NCBI GenBank assembly: GCA_943787795.1 | Contig: CALSNU010000002.1 | Coordinates: 480,001-544,000 of the forward strand | DNA length: 64,000 nt | Origin: an uncultured bacterium | GTDB lineage: Bacteria > Planctomycetota > UBA1135 > GCA-002686595 | Direction: 5' to 3' | Part shown: positions 10,201 through 18,148 of the stretch, piece by piece | How the letters are laid out: each line of letters starts with the position of its first letter | Position numbering within the stretch: the first letter of the stretch is position 1 | Program-made: the position numbers and the translations under genes | Notes under the pieces: model-generated | Told to the model about the DNA's origin: nothing | Databases searched by the model: none | Seen by the model: only the letters and a program-made list of their open reading frames with translations

Positions 10201-11493
10201 TCAGCTGCCGCCGCGCGCCAGGGCTCTCGGGCTCGCCATCGCCCGGATCTCGTCCACCTCGAGGCGGAACGGACCGGCCTTCTTGTCGTAGACGTAGAAC
10301 TCGAGCCCGCGGATCTGCTCGGCCGTGATCGTGCCGCGCATCCGGCGGCCGAAGAAGTGCCGCTCCATGTCCTCGATCCGGACGTCCACGGTCTGCCACT
10401 CGCCGTCCACCGTGGCGAAGCGGGTCCAGAAGGAGTCCCCCCCCATGCCGCTCGAGGTCCGCGCCCCGAAGATGTACGTCCGGCCGTCCCCCTTGACGCG
10501 CAGCTGGATCGTGTCTGCGCCGGCGAACGCGCCGTCCGCGACGCCGCAGCGAATCGAGGAGAAGCCCCCGTTGTTCTCGAGCGAGGTCACCCCCTCGAAG
10601 ATCATCGCGCCCTCGGCCTGACCGATCCGGCCCGTGGACCGGCCGCCCATGACGCCGTCGAGGACGGTGTCCCATCGGCGAGTCTCGGCCACGCCACCGA
10701 AGCTGAAGACCACGCGGCCTGCTTCCTCCACCTCAGGCGCGGGGCGCGGCAGCTCCCCGGCGAGCACCGCGTCGATGATGCCCCGGTAGGCCCAGGCCAA
10801 CTCCCGTGCCCCGGCCGACCGGTTGGCCTCGCTCACCATTCCCAGGAGGACCTCACGCTCCCAGTCCAACAGGCCGAAGCCGCCCCCAAGCCGAAGGGCG
10901 TCGAGGGCCGTGGCGTAGACGGCGCAGCAGCCCGCCTCGTCGCCGTTGTTGAACAGCGCCACGCCACGCTCCACCGCGCCCACGAGCAGCGCCTCGAGCG
11001 CCGCCGAACGCGCCGGCGGGAGCAGGACCCGGTCGATCACGTGGATCACTCCGTTGCTGGCTCGCAGGTCCGCGGCCTCCACCGCTGCCCCATCGACGAT
11101 CACCCGCCCGAGCGCCGCCTGCGCGGCGAGGCGAGTCCCGGCGAGAGTCTCCAGCCCACCTGCCTGGACCACGTCCTCCGCCAGCACCTCTCCAGCCACC
11201 ACGTGGTGCAGGAGGATGCGCGTCAGCTGCGGCCGGCCGCGCTCCGTGAGGAGCTCCTTCAGGGTGTCCTCACCCAAGGCCGAGAAGGCCTCATCCGTGG
11301 GCGCGAACACCGTCAGCGGGCCGTCGCCCGAGAGCGCGTCCACGAGCCCTGCGGCCTCGACCGCGGCCACGAGCGTGGTGAAGTTCCCGGCGCCTACCGC
11401 CAGGTCCACCAGGGTCCCCTCGTCCTGCGGGCGGGCCTGAGTCGTGAGCATGAGGAGGCCTGAGAGGCCGAGGGTGGCGAGGGTCTGATTCAT
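10201..11493 (-). CDS. Fasciclin (FAS1) + CIA30-family domain protein
   Basis: FAS1 motifs TVFAPTDEAF and NGVIHVIDRVL; CIA30 motifs DGVMGGRS, LENNGGFSS and VKGDGRTY; signal peptide from ATG 11493. Confidence 0.87.
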   Translation of the reverse strand: MNQTLATLGLSGLLMLTTQARPQDEGTLVDLAVGAGNFTTLVAAVEAAGLVDALSGDGPLTVFAPTDEAFSALGEDTLKELLTERGRPQLTRILLHHVVAGEVLAEDVVQAGGLETLAGTRLAAQAALGRVIVDGAAVEAADLRASNGVIHVIDRVLLPPARSAALEALLVGAVERGVALFNNGDEAGCCAVYATALDALRLGGGFGLLDWEREVLLGMVSEANRSAGARELAWAYRGIIDAVLAGELPRPAPEVEEAGRVVFSFGGVAETRRWDTVLDGVMGGRSTGRIGQAEGAMIFEGVTSLENNGGFSSIRCGVADGAFAGADTIQLRVKGDGRTYIFGARTSSGMGGDSFWTRFATVDGEWQTVDVRIEDMERHFFGRRMRGTITAEQIRGLEFYVYDKKAGPFRLEVDEIRAMASPRALARGGS

Positions 11494-11668
11494 GGCGGCC
11501 GTCCGGATGTGGATGTGGGAGGTGGAACCGGCAGCCTGGGTCAGCCCAGATGCCATCGGGTCCACACCCGCGCCTTCGGCCCCAAGCAGAGCCTGGATTC
11601 ACCGTACACAGGGATCGAACGGCACTCCGCTCTCCGAGTCCCTGAAGCGGGACTGGCGCCGAGCCACC

Positions 11669-14600
11669 TCAGTCGAAGGACTGGGACCAGGTCGCGTCCC
11701 CGCCGCGCACGCGGAAGTCCCAGCTGAACCGGTCCCCCACGCTCGTCTGCCCCGGGGCCATCACGACCCAGAGCACGTCCCCCGGCTCCATCCAGACGGG
11801 GCCCGAGGTGACGGCGGGCGGCCCGGCAGCGGGGAGGGACTGCTCGAAGAGGGTGGTCGGCGCGCCGCCTGCGACCCGACCGTGGAGCACGCGGGCGATC
11901 AGCTCAGCGCCCGCCACCTGGGTCGAGGCGAGCCCCTCCACCAGATAGAACCCCGCCCGCTGGACCGAGTACCCCGCGGCGACCACGCCCTGGTGCGCCC
12001 CGGGCGCCGCCTCGAGCGCGCCGGGCCCAGGACTGCCGACGCCGCTGGCGATCCACCCATCCGCCGGGGTGGGCCCCGTGTACCTGCGACCCGCGGCGTC
12101 CCAGGTCAGGGCCACGTACTCGTCCGGGTCAAGGGAGTCGCCGAGGTCGTTCCGGCGAAGGAACCAGCCGTCGGAAGGCGAGCCCTGGCGGAAGAGGTCC
12201 GCCGACGTGGCGACCGTGCGCGGGGCGCCGCCCGCCACCGTGAACGGGACCGACGAGGTGACCCCGCCCGCCGGCGTGGCGTCGAGCTGGTACTCGCCAG
12301 GCTGAAGGTCGAAGGCTGGAACGCCCGGTCCGAAGAGCCGGTAGGGGCCGTGGGCCGCCGTCCTGCGATGAAGCTCGACCGGGGCGGACCCGCCAGTGTC
12401 CAGCAGCACAAGCTCAACGTCCCCCTGGGCCACGTCGAGGTTCACCCGGAGGTCCACCTCCCCCGTCCCGAGCCGCAGTGGGTCGAGCTGCTGGCCGGCC
12501 GCCAACGCGCCGATGACCCCGTCGCCGGACATCAACGAGACCGCGCGAACCTCGGCGGTACGCCCGTCCCATCGGTCGAGGAGCCAGCGGTCCACCAGCA
12601 CCGGCGAGCCGTCCACGGGGCGCGGCTCATCGGGCCGCGGCCGCGGGGAGCCGCCGGCGTCGACGATCCCGTTGGGGATCGCCCCGCCGATCCGAGCGGG
12701 GGGCTGGGAGGGCTGACGCCGCGGGTCGCGGAGCGCCGCGAGTCCGGGCCGGTAGGTGAGCGCGTCGAGCCCGAGCCCGCCCGGAGCCCCCGCGGTGTGA
12801 CAGCTCAGGCAGAAGCGGTTCGCGCTCGAGTCCGGCCGCGGCCGGTCCTGGAAGACGGGGCCCTCGGGGAAGTGCACGGCCGACCGCAGGTGGCGCGCGC
12901 CCGAGGGGATCGAGACCCGGTGGACCCCGAGGTCCCTGGTGGCGTCCACGAAGGACGCGTAGCGCTCCTCCGCCGGCTCACCGCGGCGCCGCAGGGCCTC
13001 GCTCAGCTCCCCGTGGGCCCAGTCGGGGAAGCTCGCTGCCACCTGGTCCATCCAGCGCGTGGACTGAGCCGACTCGTCGAACCCGATCAGAGTGCCCCGG
13101 GCGTGGTTGGCCGCGGTCTCAGGGTCCACGTCGTGGGCCAGGACCTTGAACTCGTCCACCCAGCCCCGCAGCGAGGTGGCGCCGGCGGCCGCCGCCCCAC
13201 CCACGGTGATGGCTCCCGCGGAGGCGAGCGGCTGGAAGATGGACCGGGAGGGGTCCTGCCAGCGGTCCATGGGGAATCCGTCCAGGAGCAGCGTGACCCG
13301 CCGCCCCGCGCGCTCGATGCGCAGGCCCAGGTGGGTCCAGGCGCCCTCGCGGAAGAAGCCGTGCACCTCGGGCGCCTGGCCCCCGTCCGGGACGTAGCTG
13401 AAGTCGTCGGGGAGCAGGACACGGTGGAGCACGCGGTCGCCCTTCATGTACCGGAGCGAGGACCGCCCCAGCAGCTCGACGGACGTGCCGTCAGGGAAGG
13501 TGACCAGGGGCCGCCGCTCCCCATCGTCGGCGAAGCGGCAGTCCACGAAGAGGCCGACATAGAACGCCTCAGGGTCAGGGACCCCGGGCCCGGCCCTGTC
13601 GGGGGCGTCGAAGCGCAGGCTCAGCCCGTCCTCGAGCCAAAGGCCCCGACCGTACACGCCGCCGAGGGCCGCCGGCTCGAGGCGACCCGTGGAGCCGCCG
13701 GTGGCAACGAGTTCGCCGAAGGCCGGCAGGCGCCAGCGGTCCGCGTCGGTCGCGGCGTTCTGCAGGTGCACCGGGAGGTCGAAGGCGCGGGTCACCGGGT
13801 TCCAGCCGGAGCGGTGCTCGAGGTCGTTGAACCCGGGCCCCGCGAGATCGGGGAGCGTGAGCCGGCCGTTCATCTCGGCCACGATGAGCGCGCCGGGGTC
13901 GAGCAGGTCGTCGAAGGCCACCTCGTCGGTGTGCTTGCCGTTCTGGACGTGCCACACGACATCCCGGAGGCGCAGCGGCCGGAGGCGGTCCGCGATGTGC
14001 AGCTTGCTCTCGGTCGACTCGATCACCGAGCTGTTCCCGTTGACACCCGAGGGCAGGCCCGGGGTCTCTGACGCCCTGCCGTAGCCGAGCCGAACCCAGC
14101 CGCTGGTCGGGTCCAGGGAGGGCACCCCTGACCCTTCGAACAGGCGCACCAGCCGCTGCTGCGGCCCGACGTTGTAGGGCGCCCCGCCGTACGAGCTCGC
14201 CTCGGAGTGGCCGATGGCGAAGTCCATGTCGTTCAGGAGGCCATCGAGCAGCACCGTCTTGCCTCGGGTCCAGAGGCCCGCCACCGCCACCCCCTGAAAC
14301 GTCCGGCTCGACTCGGCCCCCCAGCGCTCCCTCGGGTCGCCAGGGACGCCCACGGCCTCGTAGCGAGTCTCGGTCCACTCCGCGGCGCTCTGCGGGTCGC
14401 GGTTGGGGAACTGCGGGTTGGGGTCCTGCAGGTGCAGGGTGTCGCCAATCGTGGTGTAGAAGAGATTGCGCGCACCACGGTCGATCCAGGGGTAGGCACC
14501 ACCGAGATCCTCCCAGTCCGGCACGACCTGCCCATCCGGCGCGCGGAAGGGGAACTGCGCGAAGCCGAAGCCCCCCAGCTCCATGGGTCCGTTCAGCCGC

Positions 14601-15457
14601 GGGTCATGGGGCGCATGACTGATCGGGAACACCTCGGTCCAGTGGGCCGGATTGGCGCTTCCTCGGGTCCCTGCGGGGTCCTCGTAGTAGGAGTAGACGA
14701 TGTCCGCCGCCCCCGGCCCCGACGGCGTCGGGAGGTCTGCGGAACGAATTCGCATGACGAGCAGCCGACCGTCCCCCGCGACCATGGGCTCGAAGCCGCC
14801 GCCCGAGTGGAAGGCGCCCGTGGCGAGCTCGGAGAAGTTCGGGCCCGCGATCGTGGGTCCCTCCACCTCGATGCTCGCGATACGCGCCCCGGCCGTCTTC
14901 GGGGCGGCGACCTCGATGGCGAGCGGCGTCATGAACAGCTGCAGGCTACCGCCGGGCCCCCGCGTGGTCACCACGGCCTTGACCTGGTAGCGGTCCCGTC
15001 CGGCGGGCGTGCGGATCGGGAGCTCGTCGTCCCAGAAGCAGCTCTGAATGATCTCTCGCCCTGTGCCCGCCGCGAGGATCTGGGCCTGCGTGACCGGGTC
15101 ACCGCCCACGTAGGCCCAGCCGGTCCAGCGAAGGTTGGCCTCGCCGGGAGGCTGCAGCATGAGCGGGGCGCCGCCGCCCCGGCGACGGAGCTTCTCCGGA
15201 GTGAAGAGGGTGAAGCGCGGCGCGCGCGCCACCGTCATGGCCAGACGGCCATCCTGCGACGTCCGGAATGCAGGCAGGTGAGGGCGCTGGAAGCGGGGGT
15301 CGTGATCCTGCTCGAGCGGCCCCCCCTCATCGAGGACCCCGGTCACCTCTCTCCAGATCGAGGGGGACTCGGGAAGCGATTGCCCCGCTCCCAGGGGTGC
15401 GAGGAGGCCCGAGATGAGCGCCAGCACTCCAGCCCTTCCCTTGCTCGTCATTCGCAT
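11669..15457 (-). CDS. Large secreted hypothetical protein with a LamG/ConA-like region and one c-type heme motif
   Basis: 1262-aa ORF with a signal peptide, LamG-like WTHLGL...LLLDG...GWVDEFKV segment and CLSCH near the C-terminal third. Confidence 0.78.
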   Translation of the reverse strand: MRMTSKGRAGVLALISGLLAPLGAGQSLPESPSIWREVTGVLDEGGPLEQDHDPRFQRPHLPAFRTSQDGRLAMTVARAPRFTLFTPEKLRRRGGGAPLMLQPPGEANLRWTGWAYVGGDPVTQAQILAAGTGREIIQSCFWDDELPIRTPAGRDRYQVKAVVTTRGPGGSLQLFMTPLAIEVAAPKTAGARIASIEVEGPTIAGPNFSELATGAFHSGGGFEPMVAGDGRLLVMRIRSADLPTPSGPGAADIVYSYYEDPAGTRGSANPAHWTEVFPISHAPHDPRLNGPMELGGFGFAQFPFRAPDGQVVPDWEDLGGAYPWIDRGARNLFYTTIGDTLHLQDPNPQFPNRDPQSAAEWTETRYEAVGVPGDPRERWGAESSRTFQGVAVAGLWTRGKTVLLDGLLNDMDFAIGHSEASSYGGAPYNVGPQQRLVRLFEGSGVPSLDPTSGWVRLGYGRASETPGLPSGVNGNSSVIESTESKLHIADRLRPLRLRDVVWHVQNGKHTDEVAFDDLLDPGALIVAEMNGRLTLPDLAGPGFNDLEHRSGWNPVTRAFDLPVHLQNAATDADRWRLPAFGELVATGGSTGRLEPAALGGVYGRGLWLEDGLSLRFDAPDRAGPGVPDPEAFYVGLFVDCRFADDGERRPLVTFPDGTSVELLGRSSLRYMKGDRVLHRVLLPDDFSYVPDGGQAPEVHGFFREGAWTHLGLRIERAGRRVTLLLDGFPMDRWQDPSRSIFQPLASAGAITVGGAAAAGATSLRGWVDEFKVLAHDVDPETAANHARGTLIGFDESAQSTRWMDQVAASFPDWAHGELSEALRRRGEPAEERYASFVDATRDLGVHRVSIPSGARHLRSAVHFPEGPVFQDRPRPDSSANRFCLSCHTAGAPGGLGLDALTYRPGLAALRDPRRQPSQPPARIGGAIPNGIVDAGGSPRPRPDEPRPVDGSPVLVDRWLLDRWDGRTAEVRAVSLMSGDGVIGALAAGQQLDPLRLGTGEVDLRVNLDVAQGDVELVLLDTGGSAPVELHRRTAAHGPYRLFGPGVPAFDLQPGEYQLDATPAGGVTSSVPFTVAGGAPRTVATSADLFRQGSPSDGWFLRRNDLGDSLDPDEYVALTWDAAGRRYTGPTPADGWIASGVGSPGPGALEAAPGAHQGVVAAGYSVQRAGFYLVEGLASTQVAGAELIARVLHGRVAGGAPTTLFEQSLPAAGPPAVTSGPVWMEPGDVLWVVMAPGQTSVGDRFSWDFRVRGGDATWSQSFD

Positions 15458-15475
15458 GTCCTCGGGCTCCGGCGA

Positions 15476-16495
15476 TCAGCGGGACATGGCTTCGAGGAAG
15501 GCCACGAGCTGCGCGGCCTCTTCGTCCGTGAGCTCGATCGCGTCCATGCGATCGGAGAGGTGGGCGTTCGCGTTGCCTCCCTCGCGGTAGAAGTCGACGA
15601 CCTCGGCGAGGGTCGCGAGGCTACCGTCGTGCATGTAGGGAGCCGTCTTGGTGAGCATGCGGAGCCCTGGCGTGCGGAAGCGCCCCTGGTCTCCATCCTG
15701 GCCCGTGATCGCGAAGCGACCCGGCTCAGGTGCGCCGTCGATCACGCCGACGCCGGTGTTGTGGAACGACTCATCGCTGAAGTTGGGCCCGTTGTGGCAC
15801 CGCCAGCAGCGGCCCCGGCCCTCGTAGATCCAGAGCCCCGCCTCCTCGTCCGCGGAGAGGGCCTCGACGTCGCCGTCGCGAAAGCGGTCCACCGGCGAGT
15901 CGCCCACCGTCAGACCGCGCACGAAGCCGGCCAGCGCTGCCGCGAGCGCCGCGTCGTCCACCTCGCGCCCGAAGGCCTTCTGGAACTGCGCAGCGTAGGA
16001 CGGGTCGCTGGAGAGCCTGTTGACCGCCGCGGCCTTGCCCAGCCCCATCTCCTCCGGGTTCTCGATGGGCATCAGCACCTGCTCCTCGAGAGTCGCCGCC
16101 CGTCCGTCCCAGAGGACGTCCTCGCTGAGCCCCTTGTTCAGGAGCGAGGGGGCGTTGCGGACCGTGAGGTAGCCCTCGATGCCGCGGGAGAGCTTGCGGT
16201 TGTCCGCGAAGCCGAGCTCGGGTTGATGGCACGAGGCGCAGGAGACCGAGCGGCGCGGGGACAAGACCGGGTCAAAGAAGAGCCGGCGGCCCAGGTCGAA
16301 GACCTCCTGAGAGGCTCCGAAGCCCTCCGCGAGCTCCTCCACGCCGAGGGGCGCGGTGCGCACGAAGGGTGAGGGGAGGGAGTCCCGGGGAATCAGAGGG
16401 GGGCCCTCGTCGTCCTGCGCGAACTGCGCGGCGACGAGGACCGGCAAGAGGACCAGCCAGCCCAGGCGCCCCGCTCCGATTCCCCGGTCTCCCAT
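15476..16495 (-). CDS. Diheme cytochrome c peroxidase / MauG superfamily protein
   Basis: LGRRLFFDPVLS, CASCH, RNAPSLLN, LWDGRA, CWRCH, FRTPGLR and TAPYMHDGS; signal peptide. Confidence 0.92.
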   Translation of the reverse strand: MGDRGIGAGRLGWLVLLPVLVAAQFAQDDEGPPLIPRDSLPSPFVRTAPLGVEELAEGFGASQEVFDLGRRLFFDPVLSPRRSVSCASCHQPELGFADNRKLSRGIEGYLTVRNAPSLLNKGLSEDVLWDGRAATLEEQVLMPIENPEEMGLGKAAAVNRLSSDPSYAAQFQKAFGREVDDAALAAALAGFVRGLTVGDSPVDRFRDGDVEALSADEEAGLWIYEGRGRCWRCHNGPNFSDESFHNTGVGVIDGAPEPGRFAITGQDGDQGRFRTPGLRMLTKTAPYMHDGSLATLAEVVDFYREGGNANAHLSDRMDAIELTDEEAAQLVAFLEAMSR

Positions 16496-16501
16496 GTCTC
16501 G

Positions 16502-17593
16502 CTACTTGCCCTTGGCCTTGGCCTTGGCCTTCGCCAAGAGGTCCGCGACGACGGCATCGATGTCCGTGCCGGAGTGACCGCGGTAGGCGATGGTGCCGTC
16601 CGTGTCGAGCACGAGGTACGTGGGGTAGCCCCGGACCTTGTAGAGGTCCGAGATCGGCGTCATGGCCTGGCCCTGGAAGGCGCTCAGCCAGGTGAGGCCG
16701 AACTCCTTGACGCCCTCGTGGTAGGCGTCGGGCGCGTCGCCAGTGTTGATTCCGATGAGGGCGAAGGGGTCGTTTTCGTGACGCTCAACGAGCGTCTTAA
16801 GGTGCGGCATGCCGCGCCTGCAGGGGGGTCACCAGAACCCGTAGAAGTCGAGGGCCACGACCTTGCCGCGGTAGTCCTCGATGGAAAACTGGAAGCCGTC
16901 GATCGTCTCACCGACGAAGGTGGGAGCGACCTTGCCGACCTCGGAGTCCTCGGGCGTTGCCTTCGAGGCGCGGGCGGCGGTGCCGTACACGGTGTTCGAG
17001 TACTTCTCACCGATCTCGTCCATCCACTTCTTGGCGCGATCAGGGTCGCTGTCCCCCACGATCGTGGCGGCGAAGAAGAGCGACGCGGCCTTGGCGTTGT
17101 CCGACTTGGCGGTCTTGGCCGCCTTCTCGAGCATGGCCACGGACTCTTCGATCCCGACGTACTTCTTGTTGGCGTTGAGGCTCTTGACCGCGCTGGTGAA
17201 CCACTCGGCGTCCGCGTGGTTGTCGATGATCGACTGGAACAGCGGCGTGAGGACGGCGCCGCGCTCCTTCGAGCGCACGTCGCGGTTCTCCTTGATGTGA
17301 TCCACGAGCCAGAGCGTCGCGCGACCCTCGCCGGCCTTGGACATGGCCTCGAAGCGCGGCCAGTAGCGCTTGATCGGCGAATTGCCCCGGAGCTCGCGGC
17401 GCTGCGCCTTGTCGGCCGCCTTGAGCTCCTTGGTGTACTCGACGAGGGCGGCCTCGAACTCCGTGTCGAGGGCTGTGAAGTCGTCGATGGGCGACGCCGA
17501 AGCCGAAGCAACGGGCACCTCCCTGACGATGGGATCGGCCGCGTACGCGACCATGGGAATCAGTGCGACTCCCAGGATGGACTTGAATCTCAT
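16502..17593 (-). CDS. Exported TlpA/thioredoxin-like disulfide reductase with an in-frame UGA in a UxxC motif (probable selenoprotein, 363 aa)
   Basis: The minus strand reads GAC TTC TAC GGG TTC TGG TGA CCC CCC TGC AGG CGC GGC ATG CCG CAC (DFYGFW-U-PPCRRGMPH). The upstream half has APTF...DYRGKVVALDF; the downstream in-frame half has LIGIN and YKVRGYPTYLVLDTDG. Signal peptide from ATG 17593. Confidence 0.85.
16780..16819 (-). promoter_or_regulatory. Candidate bacterial SECIS hairpin(s) downstream of the UGA
   Basis: Hairpin AGGCGCGG-CAUG-CCGCACCU (16819-16800, one C/A mismatch) and perfect 7-bp hairpin GACGCUC-GUU-GAGCGUC (16796-16780). Confidence 0.5.
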
Positions 17594-17646
17594 GGGTAGA
17601 TAACTCGGGAGAGGGACCTCCTGAGCGTACCCAAATCGACCGTCCC

Positions 17647-17673
17647 CGTTGACATCGAGCGCCGATGTCAACG
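17647..17673. promoter_or_regulatory. Perfect 11-bp inverted repeat, putative operator or hairpin
   Basis: CGTTGACATCG-agcgc-CGATGTCAACG, 54 nt upstream of the UGA-containing gene. Confidence 0.5.
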
Positions 17674-17679
17674 TCCCGA

Positions 17680-17703
17680 GGTAGGGGTTGTGTAGCCCCT
17701 ACC
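17680..17703 (-). terminator. Hairpin right after yqeY, possible terminator
   Basis: GGTAGGGG...CCCCTACC 8-bp stem 4 nt past the stop codon; no U-tract. Confidence 0.45.
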
Positions 17704-17706
17704 CCT

Positions 17707-18147
17707 TCAGAGACGCGCCGCAGCGAGGCGATTGACGAGCTTGCCGTCGATGACGTCTCGGTGGCTGGCCATGACCGCCTTCATCACCTTGCCGATATCG
17801 CACTTCTCGGAGGCGCCTGTATCGGCGATGGCCTGCTCGACGATGGCCGCCGTGGCCGCCTCGTCCAGCATCTGCGGCAGGTAGCCCTCGAGGACCGCGA
17901 TCTCCGCGTCCTCCTTCTCGGCGAGATCGAGACGATCCGCCGCGCGGTACTGCTCGGCGCTGTCCTTGCGCGACTTCACGCCGCGCCGGACCACGGCCAT
18001 GACCCCTGCCTCGTCGAGGTCGGCGCCTCGCTCGATACGCTCGTTCTTCATGGCGGCGATGAGCATCCGCAGGGTGTCCCTGCGGAGCGCATCGCCGGCC
18101 TTCATGGCCGCCTTGAGGTCGTCGCCGATCGTCTGCTCGAGGGACAT
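17707..18147 (-). CDS. yqeY: GatB/YqeY domain protein
   Basis: DLKAAMKAGD, RKDSAEQY, EIAVLEGYLPQML, DIGKVMKAV; ATG immediately after the gyrA stop. Confidence 0.9.
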   Translation of the reverse strand: MSLEQTIGDDLKAAMKAGDALRRDTLRMLIAAMKNERIERGADLDEAGVMAVVRRGVKSRKDSAEQYRAADRLDLAEKEDAEIAVLEGYLPQMLDEAATAAIVEQAIADTGASEKCDIGKVMKAVMASHRDVIDGKLVNRLAAARL

Positions 18148-18148
18148 A

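Noticed and set aside
16823..16828. Homopolymer error as the cause of the UGA split
   Set aside because: The G6 run lies after the UGA and keeps both halves in frame. Changing its length would break the frame and would not remove the UGA.
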